From: Selaginella moellendorffii
Taxonomy: Eukaryota > Plantae > Lycopodiophyta
Direction: 5' to 3'
DNA length: 61,727 nt
Assembly: GCF_000143415.4 (NCBI RefSeq)
Contig: NW_003314457.1
Span: 17,302 to 79,028, forward strand
In this document: positions 22,136 to 34,173 of the stretch, one piece after another
Layout of the letters: the number at the start of each line of letters is the position of its first letter
Position numbering within the stretch: position 1 is the stretch's first letter
Translations under genes and position numbers: made by a program
Notes under the pieces: generated by a model
Told to the model about the DNA's origin: nothing
Databases searched by the model: none
The model's input: the letters and a program-made list of their open reading frames with translations, nothing else

Positions 22136-24471
22136 TTGATCAATTGGATTAATAAGTAAGAATAACATTATTATTAAGAAAACCAAGCGTTCCTACATGC
22201 AACACATAGCACTTTATTATTACTATCAAATCCCAGTCATAAGTAATGTCCTATGTTATTTTAGATGTAATTTATAAATAAAAATTTATTTATATTATAT
22301 TGTGAGGTTCAAGTATACGGCTACAATGCCATATACTAATATTAGTATAGTGGGATTTTGGTAGTTGTCAGATTAGTTTCAATCTGAACCACTCGCTCCT
22401 GTATATAAGCTAAAGTTTTTGGGCTAATTGATATGCATATTTTCTATATTCCCTTTCCATATTCCATGCACTCACATTGGTGGAGGTGAGGGGCACCTTT
22501 GATTATTCCCTGAGGAGTGCTTGGATTTGAGATTTTGGTTTAGATTTAGCTTTTGCATTATCTAGATCTAGTTTTTTCCATTTCCTTTTTTATGTTCTTT
22601 CCTTTTAAGATTTTGGTTTTGATCTAGTTTTTTGCATTGTCTGGATCTCCCATTCCTTCTAAATTAACAATCTCCTCCTCCTTTGACTCTAGAGTAGTAG
22701 TTGGTACAATTGTTTGATGCTATGCAATTGCAATTGAACAACCAAAGTTAGTTAATGGTGGCATTCACAGCACATGGTATAACTCCTCTTGCTCTTGGTG
22801 CCAATCCTTGTGTTCGGCTAGAGTTTTTTCACGGGAATAATAGGGATGATATACCATTAGTTTGATCACTTCATAGTGATTGCCATATATCTCTCTTGGG
22901 ATGATGCTCAACATTTGCATGAGTTTCCCATATGTCTCCAAGGGATGGCATTGCAATGGTACAATGGTTTGAGTGCAACCACTCGTAGGGATTGGAATGT
23001 TCTTTTGGACGTCTTCAAATGCACATTCGGACATGCTGATGATTGTGATGATGCCTTCCAACAATTACATCATCTTCGTTAAGGGCCATCTAAGTCGGTG
23101 ATGCAATTTAGCGTTTGTTTCTGAAGCCTCTTACTTCGTGTGGAGCCAAATATGTCGGAGTGGATCAAGCTAGTAAGGTTGTAACTAGCACTTTGTCAAG
23201 ATTTTGTTGGACTTGTGCATGTATTTGCTCCAACCACCCTTGATGGTGCTCTCCATTTGGCACAACATTCTGAGATATCACCTCTTCCACTTCTCATTGC
23301 ACATCCTTCAGCTCCACTTTTTGTGAGCGATAGTTCTATTCTAATGAAGGTTGATGCTACTGCTACTCTAGTCTAAAGACAAGGGTGAGGCCATAGTCGT
23401 GGCTGTGATGTTCGTTGCTGGGCATATGATAAAGTTGGTCACACTTATCAGTATTGTCAGTGTTTTCTAGATTGGCAGCCACCATTTCCTAGGTGGAGAC
23501 CTTGGCGTCAACAATGTCCTATTGGTGTTGCTGTAGTGGAGGGTCTGGACACCAAGATGCATCTGGGAAACGAAGAGTCACACAAGTAATGGAGGGACTT
23601 TGTGCGAATAAGTCAGTAACCCTTTTATTTTTCTTTCTGGAGTATCATTAAGGGGTTCACTCGGCACTAGTTCATCTAGTGTTTACTTTCCAAACTTGTT
23701 TTTATAACAAGTGGTCTCCTATTATTTTCTTCGTGTTGATTGATACAGGTTTGAGTTTATCTTCTATTGCTCAACCTGTTGCCACACATTGCCATCTACA
23801 CTTGTGTTGTGTAGTGAAGCCAATTTTCATTCTTTATGGCAATTGCCGTACACATGTATGTGTATAGGATGACGCAGACTTAGTTGTGCATATGGGCAAT
23901 CTCAAGTTTGAGTTGCAATCATTGCAAGTGGTGCTAAATTAAGCTTTTGACCTCATACTTGGTATGGATTGGTTGCAGTGCAATCATGCCAAGTGTGACT
24001 TTGAGACTTCTCCCCCTTGTTTTATACTTTTTTATATTTCATCCATTCTTCTCATTTCTGTACTTCATCATCCTTTTATTTTTACTTCTACTTCCATTAC
24101 TTTTATCCCCCTACTATTTCCTCCTATGTTTCCATCTTATTCTACTCTTCCCTTTTCCAATCCTTTTGAAAATCTTTGTGTTGCAGCAATTGACCGACTC
24201 ATGAAGGAGTATTTTGATTTCTTTGAATTTGACCTATCGTCTGGGGCCAAGATTGCCACATGCCATCCAATTCCAACTGGGGATGCTTGTCCAATCAAGG
24301 TTTCTGTTCGTTGTTGGTGACCCAAAAATATCAATATTTTACGTATAAACGTTAAGGAGATGTTGGAGAAGGGTGTTATTTGAAAGTCGTGGAGTCCTTG
24401 GGTATATGAACCTCATCTTATGACAAAGCCTAATGGGTGTATTCGTTTCTGCATTGACTATTGACTATTGA

Positions 24472-25013
24472 CTAATAACCCCTATTGAGCCAAGGGGAAC
24501 TAACACCTCCATTTTTGCACTGATATACTAATCCTTCCATTGTGTAGACTAGTTATTCCATGTAAAGCAACAAGTCATTCACTCGTACTGTAGTCCCATG
24601 GTGGATACCTTCATTTGTGGAGTATGTGTAAACCAGCTATTCCATATGAGGCAACTAGTCATTCACCTGTACTGTAGTCCCATGGTGGATACCTTTGTCC
24701 GTGGATACTCCACATAAGAGGAAAGACATACGCACGGATGCTTAATATGTATGATTTCAAATTTAGGTGTAGAAATATACCTTGCTCAAGGGTATATTAT
24801 ATTTTTAAGTAGCCATTAATTAATGGGAATCGAACCCATGCCATTTCCTCTGATACCACATGTAATGCCCCTTATCTTTCTCTCCTTAAGCCAATTGGAA
24901 AAGAGGCAATTGCTTGATGAGAGAGCTTTTAGTGGCTATTTTATCCCCATTTATCCCCCAAGGTTCCAAGGATCCATAGTGACAGTATATCCAAATCTCA
25001 TCCCATGATCACA
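24472..25013 (-). mobile_element. Truncated LTR element (single 153-bp LTR, Met-PBS, leader with about 84-bp tandem repeat) nested in the gypsy RT
   Basis: TG..CA-bounded 24861-25013; reverse-strand TGGTATCAGAG at 24848-24858; two repeat units 24540-24710; replaces host RT sequence between FCIDY and the NNxPATF motif. Confidence 0.75.
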
Positions 25014-25263
25014 TGTGCTACAAGTTTGAACAATACTCCAGCAACTTTTTAGCGGATGATGGATAAGGTTTTTTGCAATATGCCGGAGGTGATTGCTGAC
25101 TTCATTGATGATATCTTAATCCATGGAGGGGACATGGGAGTGTAAGCAACCAAAGGGAACAACTTGAAAGATGATCCATAGGGGTTCAAATATAGAAGGA
25201 AAGGGCCCATGAATAAGAGTGCACCCTTTTTTCCAATCGGTTAAGGGTCTTGGGATATTTGGG

Positions 25264-25318
25264 GTTAAGTGTCCTTGGGTTAGAATAGTACTGGGTTGGG
25301 TGACCTCCCAGGAAGTCT
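25264..25318 (+). promoter_or_regulatory. 5S rRNA-like internal control region (A-box/IE/C-box) in TRIM 5' LTR
   Basis: GTTAAGTGTCCTTGGGTTAGAATAGTACTGGGTTGGGTGACCTCCCAGGAAGTC aligns ungapped to the 3' half of plant 5S rRNA. Confidence 0.85.
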
Positions 25319-25663
25319 AAACTCAGGAGCTTACATTTGGTATCAGAGCGGTCTCAGGTCCGACTCTGTTGGTTGGCTAGGGGAATCACACCACATGTTG
25401 ATTGACATCTGGCTGGTCCAATTTGCTCCCACTGGGCTCGACTCGAGGGGTAGGGTGTCAAGAGAGCAGGGCTCTCGGGAGAGCTGCGGCTCTCAGCTTC
25501 CGTTCACGAGGGCGTGAATTTGCAGGGAAGCGTGTTGGATTGTAAGCAACCAAAGGGAACGACTTGAAAGATGATCCATAGGGGTTCAAATATAAAGGGA
25601 AAGGGCCCATGAATAAGAGTGCACCCCCTTTTCCAATCGGTTAAGGGTCTTGGGATATTTGGG

Positions 25664-25718
25664 GTTAAGTGTCCTTGGGTTAGAATAGTACTGGGCTGGG
25701 TGACCTCCCGGGAAGTCC
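25664..25718 (+). promoter_or_regulatory. 5S rRNA-like internal control region in TRIM 3' LTR
   Basis: 48/55 matches by eye to the angiosperm 5S sequence as I recall it, including TGGGTGACCTCCCGGGAAGTCC. Confidence 0.88.
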
Positions 25719-28629
25719 AAACTCAGGATCTTACAGGGAGGAGCACATTTGTGATGTTTGTAAAGTGTTGGATCAGCTATATGACGTTAATTTAAAGCTT
25801 AAGCAGTCGAAGTGCGTGTTTGGGTCCAAGAACACAACTTATCTTGGGTACCGTATTTCTCATGAGGGTTTGCAAGTTGATCCTGACAAACTTGTGGCTG
25901 TTTTAAATTTCCCTACTCCAAAGTGTGAATGATGTGCAACACTTCTTGGGCAAAGTGCAGTATTTTGGTCGTTTTGTGGATTATCTTTTTGATTGCACTG
26001 CACCGTTGCAAGCATTATTGAAGTCATCAACATCATCTTTCATCTAGTCTCTAGATTGTGAGTGGGCATTCGTGTATCTCAAAGAGCTATTGATGACTCA
26101 TTCAGTTTTGGCATATCCTAACTACATTGGACCTTTTATTTTGTATATGGATGTTTTTTATATTGGTTTTGGAGATGTGTTGATGCAAGAGAGCCTGAGT
26201 GTGCCCGGTCAGTGACATCCTATTGTGTATATAAGTTGTACATTACAACCAACAGAGGTGAACTAATCCATGATAGAAAAGGAGTGTTTAGTAGTAGTCT
26301 GGGTTTCGAAAAACTTCATACATATTTATATGGTTCTCAGACGTTACTTGAAGGTGACCATACTGCCATTACTTCATTATTGAAGCGAAAGAACCTGATT
26401 GGTCATATTATTCAGTCGGCTTTGAAGCTTAAGATATATGATTTTGATGTTGTTCATTGCCTAGGGAGTTCTATGGTTGATGCTAATGCCCTTTTTCGAG
26501 CTCCTCTTCCTTCTCCACTCTCTTCTCATGTTTTTGATAAGCTTGTTATTTCAACATTTGTGAATTTTCTAAATGAGAATTTTGTGCTATCAGCAGTTGC
26601 TGTACTTGACATTCAATGTCCACAAGGTGCAAAACAAGATCTACCTTCTTTTGATGAGGTTTGTAAAGCTCAAAATATTAAGCTGTGGATTCGAAGGCTT
26701 CGAGATGGGTTTGAAAATCTTGCATCACTTGCTAATGATTTGCCATTCCAACATTTAGATTCTCAATATCACCTTAAAGAAGGCTTTCTTTATTTTGTGG
26801 GGATAGATGTTGATGATCCTTTATGGCTGGTGGTGCCTTCCATCTTTATTCCACGGTTTCTCTATGTTTACCATAATTCTCTTGTTCTAGGCGGGCATAT
26901 AGGACATCGTCATATGACCAAGAAGCTACATAGGTTTTTGTATTGGCCGGAGATGCAACATAATGTTATCCGGCATGTGTGTAGTTGCGTTTGGTGCCAA
27001 GTTTGTAATACTCCCCTTCGTGTTGCAGAAGGACAGTTGGAGTCAATTGTAATTTTTCATTTGTTTGAGTTGGTGGTGTTTGATCTTATGGGACCTTTTC
27101 CACAATCAATTGCTAACAATAAATATGTTATTATTGCTTTTGACTATTTGACTCGTTAGGTGGAAGTTGATGCTCTTGCTAGTGCCTCTGCAACTGCTAT
27201 TGGATACTTCCTCCTCAATCAAGTGGTATTCTAGAATTCTTGTCCAAAGCAGATTCTTTCGGATAATGGTCCTGCATTTATAGCTGAGGCATTTCATGTT
27301 TTGATGTCTTGGTTAGGGATATGCTACACTGTCACAAGTGTTTATCATCTACAATCAGATGATTTGGTGGAACAGCTTGTTTGGACATTCAAAGGGATGA
27401 TTGTGAAGTATGTGAACTTTCAGCATTTAGATTGGGATGGTTATTTGCCGTCTCTTCAGTATGCATATATCACAGGGTGCAAAGTTTTGTTGGTGCTTCA
27501 CCATATAAACTCTTATATGGTCATGATCCAATATTACTAACGGAGCTGGGTTTACCTTTGCAATTGCCACGAGCTGCCAATGCTAGGTTGTGGGATTAGT
27601 ATTTGATGAGCATTCTTCTACTTGTCCTAACAGAGTTTGTCGGACACTTAGGTTGCATACAAGTAGAACAACAACAGTGTTACAACTCCCATCATTATCC
27701 ACCTGCCAAGTACAAAGTGGATGACTTGGTGTTAATCCATTTTCTCCATCTTATGGTATGTGGTTTATCTAAGGGGCTCCTTGCTCAGTGGAAAGGACCA
27801 TATCAGGTGTTGTGGCAAGTTGGACCGCAAGTTTATGAGGTTTAGCATGATGTTTAGCAGGTTGATCCTCTAAAAATTATGCATGTACAGTAATTGAAAT
27901 GCTTTATACAAAGGGATCAGGAACAATTGATACCTTTTAAAGATCTACTGATGCCTCCTCTTAATGTTCCTTCAAATCCAGGCCTATCTATAAGAGAACT
28001 CTAATGGTCTTTCATTATTCTGAGAGGAGGGGATGATGTGAGGTCCAAGTGTATAGCTACAATACTGTATACTAATATTAGTGTAGTGGGATTTTGGTAC
28101 CTGTTGGATTGGTTTCAATTTAGACCACTTACTCCTGTATATAAGTTAAAGTTTTTGGGTTAATTAATATGCACATTTTCTGTATTCCCTTTCCATATTC
28201 TATGCACTTACAATATTAAATTCGAATACAATACCAATATCTAATTCTTTTTTAATGTCATGAAACACCTCATATTTAAACATTACAGGGTGATGAATCC
28301 AAAGCTTAACATTTGGATCTACCCCAAAAAGCATACAATTACAAAATACATGTACTTGCAAGGGATGAAAGAGTCCTTGCAAGAGGAGTCCATTTCCTTT
28401 ATCTTGAAACATCTTTTTGGCTTTAGCATGACTTGGACTGGAGTTTTGGGCTTTCTTAAGAGCTAGTACCCATTTATTTTGGTTGCTAGTTAGCATTTGG
28501 AGGTGTTTAGCTGGATATTGGAGCATCTCACATTTCCAGTATGGCATTTTCTGTGAACTAGACATTTCATGCTGGTGTGGACTCAACAAGGAAGCAATCT
28601 CCACCTTGTGAGTTTGAGTACCTTTCCTA

Positions 28630-31200
28630 GAGCATGAGGGCACTTTTCATGTCTGAGAAGAGAGTTAGATTATCAAATGGCACAAAGGCACACTCAAATA
28701 ATGAGGATTCAATGTCTTTAGAGGATTCTAGGTTAGGGGATTTGCATATGATGGCTCAACAACCTCAAGTTCATATAGTCCAAAAGGGGAGTGATTTGCC
28801 AACATTTTTTGGCATTGGTGGCATCTCTCCTTCCATCCATATTGAGCACTATTGCTCATCCAACACATCCTCAATGATGATTGGATTTTCTCCAATCGCT
28901 CATCAGCAAAGTAGCAACATAGGTACAGTCCCTCCTTGTAGTAGACAAGATTGACTACCAGGTGCTACGAGAATCCTTCAAGGACCATTTCATTGAGGAG
29001 AAGCCATTGAATTGTCTGCTCATTGATCTCTTTGCATTTCGAGTTTCTTGAGTGCTCACTAAAGTGCTCACGAGTTGGTGCCAAACTACATCACACATTT
29101 GCGTTTCGAGTTTCTTGAGTGCTCACCAAAGTGCTCACGAGTTGGTGCCAAACTGCATCACACATTTTCACTCATATTGGAAGTGGTGTTGGGATAGACA
29201 GGTTATCACCCAGGAGCAGCATGGGATCACAGCCATCATCACCAGTCTTTAGGGAAACTTGCAACTAAAGTTCTTCAAGTGGCAATTTGCTACAGGCCAT
29301 ATTGCATTTGCAACAGCCACAAAGTTGGAGTGGGAACTTCTTGTGGACTTGGGCATTTCACATGTGGAGGAGGACTTGGCATCACCCTCCCTTAAGTCCA
29401 CATATTCCATCATCCACTCACATATTCTTGTGATAGTGGTGGAGCGTATTCCCTTAGCCATCAAGAGTGCACTCACGGAGTTGTGACAATATAAAGAGAT
29501 CATCTAGTAGTAGTAGCAAATGCAAGAGAAAATGCACAAAATGCTCTATGTTTGCCACTTACAACAAGCCAAGAAGCCACGATGGGCTCCATAATCTTGG
29601 TATTGCTCCTATTGCAACATCGTGACTCACAACACGAAGAGGTGTTAAGAGCTTCTTCCAGAGTTGTGGCCACCACACTCTTAGCATGTTTAGGAGCAAC
29701 CATTCACTGATAATAGCACTGCAACACAAAGGAAAGATTGCTACCAGCAATAGCTTGAGCAGCATGCAATCAAGGATGCACCTTCATCATTTTCCACTAA
29801 AGGGAAGGCTCCAATGGATAAGGTCAATGCAATCAAGATTGTTGAGGAGGAGTTTGCAAGGACAACAGCCACAAGAGCACAAAAGAAGAAAGTTGCTCAA
29901 GAGGAAATCAATGATGATCCAGCTCCTTTAGTGATCACTAATTCAGTACAAAAAGTGGCATGTAAGCTCCCATTCACGTCTCTCCTTCCTGGATGTCCTC
30001 TGCCTTTCTCTAATAGTTCCTAGATCCTTAAAAGTGTACTTCAACAATCCTGAAGATGTTCATGAACCATACTATTGTCATTTGTCACAACATTCGAGTT
30101 TACGTTAATGGGGTGGAGTCTCTTCTGGATTTTGTGGTGGTGGACCACTAGATGTTCAGTTCCACACCTTTGAAAGATTTCTTAATTGAATGAGTTTGGC
30201 AAGATCAGATTAAAGGCATCACCAACTAGTCACTCTACATGATAGAGATTAGCGACAATCATCAGAATTCTTATCTCTACAATGCCCACAGACACTCTCT
30301 ATTGGGAACGCTTTAAGGACAGCCTCTAGGCCTGTCTCAAAGCCAGTCAATATCTTTCAAGCCATATTCTCTTCCTCAACACGCTTTCCCCACTCGTTGA
30401 TGGTCATCTTTCCTAAGTTGATTGAAGATCCATCACAGCCCGAGTTTAACGTGTTCTAATGCAACACTATCATCATAGAGGCTTCCCCAATCATCACAAC
30501 AAACACTCAATTTTATTGGAGTGATGGGCAGCTTCAAGAGTTTCAAGTGGAGGCTCTTCCAATGACATCACTTCTTTTCGAGTGTGAACTTTATGTGGAG
30601 AATTTTCCCTTAGTTGCAGCTTAGTCTTAGAGACTTCAGTATGGTACTTCAATGAAGCATGCACCTCCTATGGTGTTTGCCACCTTTGAAATAGGAATGA
30701 CAATCGCAAGCAAGAGCAGCTTGGCCTCTTTATTTGAGGACTGGGTGGTGAGTGACCATGTGGTCAGTCCAGCCTCTTTATTTGAGGACTAGACTACTCT
30801 TACTTTCACAGATTTCTAGGTACCATCACTTGTGCTATCTTTACACCATGTTGCAAACTTCTAGCTTTCTAACACAAAAAAACTTCATGCTCATGACATA
30901 GAGATCCTTGCCCTTGGTGAGCAGCACAAGGCATCAGTTGAGAAACTTCTTGTTCCAAAGCACAAGTTTAAGGTGGCCATTGACTCCAAAATTCCTGATT
31001 CAATCCTTTTTTATCTTGGGCATCTTATTCTTCTCATGGAGTTCACTCCCTCCTCCAAGTTCTCTCCACAATGGCTCGGTCCCTCCTTCATCCAGCGCCA
31101 GGTGGAGGGTGGTTCTTATGTGCTCGCAAATGAGATTGGCCATGTGCTTTCATATGCTCACAATCATTGCCACCTCAAAGCATTCATGCAATGATTTCTT
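28630..31200 (+). mobile_element. Highly decayed Ty3/gypsy (Athila/Tat-like) internal region
   Basis: Integrase C-terminal motif KFSPQWLGPSFI...GGSYVL at about 31055-31125; the rest is fragmentary, boundaries approximate. Confidence 0.5.
29031..29167. repeat. 67-bp tandem duplication
   Basis: TTTGC(A/G)TTTCGAGTTTCTTGAGTGCTCAC...CATCACACA at 29031 and 29098. Confidence 0.9.
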
Positions 31201-32499
31201 TCCTTTTTCTTTCTTTTTGTTTTTTTTTTCCTTTTCTCCACATTCTTTCACCTCTCCCCTTTTATTTTTAGGCTTTGCTACCTTAGGCCGTGGTTCCAGC
31301 TTAGATTTTAGCCACAAGGTTGTATTAATTCCTTTTGTGTGTCAGCTCTTATAGTTTCTTAGTGAGTCCTCAACTGTTTTTAGGATCCATCACCTTCACT
31401 TCATCCCACCATTCATCACACAAAATCACACAACATTCTCTCTACTCATTCTTTGCAACCGATACTCGCATTGGGATCTTAGCAATTTCATCCACTTTCT
31501 ATCTATGGTACTTGATATGCATTTACATCACTCCAATACAACTATAAATATCTTTTGATAGTAGCAAAAATTTTCCAAATTTAATATGTCATGTACAAGT
31601 TATAGCTACAACTTTATATCATTGCAACGTATTAGCACATGTGGAGCTGTTTTTCTTTAAGCTAGCATCATCCAACACATGAAGAGTGCCCAAGCCATTT
31701 TCTTAAGCAAGTTGTTAACTACCAACACTTAGGGCAATTGGAAAAAGTTTGAGTTTGTGATGGAGGCTTTGAGAGCTAGAGTTAGAAATGTTAGAAGATA
31801 GCCCTCATCTCCTAATAGTGAGTGTTACAAAATAAAATAAAGATTAAAGGCATGACTAGCCAAAAATATGTAAATGACTAAATTTTCTATTCTACTTTAG
31901 TCACTTAACTACATTTTTAACCATTTAAAGGAAAATCACTCAGAGCCTCCATAAGTCTTATTCCGGACTTAAGGGCATGCTACCCTCGTAAATAACATCT
32001 ATGCCATTTAGCTTTTACACTTAGTCCAAGTGTTCCACATGTTTAATCTTATAATAGACACCCCAAATGTATTATAAACCTATCAACCCATTATACTAAG
32101 ACTATATCTATATACTCTTATCTTATTGGTAGTCCAAGACCACATATGGCATAGTCCCGTCTCTCAAAGATTGGGCCATCTGTCCATAAGTGGTCATTAC
32201 AAGACCACACCTTAATATCCTTAGGAAGCTCGAAGATATAGAGAACACCCTTCCCCAATATCCCTTCATTAGTCCTCATAAAGTCCTTCTTCATCCACAG
32301 CCATGCTCACTAACACTGCCATTGAGTTAGGACTATGCCCCTTAGAGGATGGACAAGGCATGGTGAGCCTTCAGGGTCAAACCATAGACAAATATTGGCT
32401 GCGTGCCAAGGATGGAAATGGTAATACTTGCGGGTGTTACTTTATAAAAGGGTTTACCTTTCGATGAGGACATCGAACTTCGTCTATGGGTGGTGGAGT

Positions 32500-34173
32500 T
32501 GTGAGACACAAAATCCCTAGGCCCCAAAGTGGAGCCAGAAGGGTGCCACATGGTAGTGGCCGAAGTGAAAGCCAAACGAGCGTAACACGTTTGGACCAAA
32601 AGCTCCAACTTGAAAAGTTGAGAGCGGGAGTGAAACTCCCAACAAAGTGCTTGAGGAACGAGCACGAAGCGAGCAATAAGCGAGGCTCCAAAAAAGGGAC
32701 CCAAAAGGACCAACACATGACACGTGGAAGGAGTCCGAGATGGAATCTGAGATGGAGTCCGAGAAGGACCTGAGATGGAGACCGAGATGGACCCGAGATG
32801 GAGTTCGAGATGGAGTCCGAGATGGACCGAGACGGAGTCCGAGAATGGAGTCCGAGATGGAGTCCGAGATGGACCGAGACAGAGTCTGAGAATGGAGTCC
32901 GAGATGGACCCGAGATGGACCTGAGATGGAGTCCGAGAAGGACCTGAGATGGAGTCCGAGGTCGAGACCGAGACCGGGACGGAGACCGAGACCGAGACTG
33001 GGACCGGGACTGAGACTGAGACCAAGACTGGGACTGAGACCGAGACCGAGGCCGAGGCCGAGACCGAGACAGAGCCCGAGTCTGAGTCCGAGTCCGAGTC
33101 CGAGTCCGAGTCCGAGTCCGAGTACGAGTCCCAGTCCAAGTCCGAGTCCGTGTCCGAGTCCGAGGCTGAGTCTGAGAGGGTGAAAGCCCAAAGCATTCAT
33201 CTCCCAGACCCTGGGGGGTTTGGTGAGCTCCAAAAGTATAGTGAGGGGGAGGACTGTAGTGGAGCCAGTTTGGCCATGAAAGGCCAGTTTGGCCCAGGAA
33301 GGCCAGACCCAGTGTTGGGTGATGAACTGACCACTGGGAAGTCCAAGACTAGAGTGAATACTGACTGACAAGCGGGGTAGCTTGGTGAAGTATTCAAGAG
33401 CCGGCTCTAGTTCCCCCGGGAGATCGACTGGCCGATGCTCCCAGTCCACGTGTGGGTGGCACTACCTACTTGGATACCAGGCGTGGCTCAATGGAACCTC
33501 GCTCTAAGCCCATGGCTAGAGCACATAAAGGCAGAAGGTGGGGAGAGTACCCATGGGGCTCGCGTAGGCCCACGGTATTCCGAAATGTTGTCCCGGAGTC
33601 CCAAATGGGGGAAAGGAGGAAGAGCAGTCCTCTAGTGTAGTAACTAAGGATACAATCACATGGTGAGGAAGTCCCAGAGGACCATGGGACTTAGTGGTCG
33701 GGCCTGTGGGCCTTGATTTAGTGGCAGTGTCGGTGAACATGGCCATGGACAGAAAAGGGACTTGGTAGGAACTAACAAAGGGATATTGGGGAAGGCTATT
33801 CCCCATGTCTGTAGGCATCCCAAGGATGCTAAGGAGTGGATTTGGGTTGACCACTCGTGGATGGATGGCCCAGTCTTGGAGAGATGGGATTGTGATGCAA
33901 GTGGTATTGGACCCCTAGTGTAGCAAAGGTGAATGGGCATGGCCTTAGCGTAATGGGCCGATATGTCAGTGGTACCTTTGGATGTCGGTCTTGGGACCAG
34001 ACACATGGAGCACTTGGACTAAGTGCAAGGGATGAGTGGCATGGATGCCACCCTCGGGGTTAGCAAGTCCCCAGTCCTGAATTGGACTTAAGGAGGTTGT
34101 GAATGAGACTCCTCCAAGTGGTCAAAGGTGTGGTTAAGTGACTAAAGTAGAATGGAAAATTTAGTCGCTTACA
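32500..34173 (+). repeat. LTR (1674 bp), left arm of a large inverted repeat
   Basis: TGTGAGACAC...GTCGCTTACA; reverse complement of 38871-40677; mirror-image ORFs in the track (33435/39409, 33452/39404, 33516/39190). Confidence 0.93.
32730..33180. repeat. GAGATGGAGTCC / CCGAG(A/T) minisatellite inside LTR
   Basis: 6- and 12-bp periodic units; related arrays at 34215-34460, 39870-40445, 43385-43460. Confidence 0.9.

Larger units (their letters stand above)
25141..25735 (+). mobile_element. Cassandra-type TRIM (595 bp) with 5S rRNA-derived segment in each LTR
   Basis: 195-bp LTRs 25141-25335 and 25541-25735 (9 differences by eye), TG..CA ends, GGGAG 5-bp TSD, PBS TGGTATCAGAGC at 25338, 205-bp non-coding interior. 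Confidence 0.93.
22301..28212 (+). mobile_element. Degenerate Ty3/gypsy LTR retrotransposon, both ends present, short LTRs (copy 1)
   Basis: 176-bp TG..CA LTRs 22301-22476 and 28037-28212; ATAT on both flanks; PBS TGGTGGAGGTGAGGGG at 22478; PPT GAGAGGAGGGGA; gag zinc-knuckle relic, protease VLIDTG, RT FIDD, RNase H, integrase GGHIG..CVWC..D and WKGPY in gypsy order; many stops; two nested insertions. Confidence 0.93.

Noticed and set aside
25264-25318. True 5S rRNA gene
   Set aside because: Only the 3' part is present, no oligo-T terminator follows, and it lies inside paired LTRs
32730-33180. CRISPR-like array
   Set aside because: No unique spacers, no cas genes, eukaryotic context
32342-33449. 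Long SD/ES/LG-repeat ORFs (also 34060-34548, 39595-40746) resembling bacterial Ser-Asp adhesins
   Set aside because: They are translations of the LTR minisatellite, open in several frames on both strands
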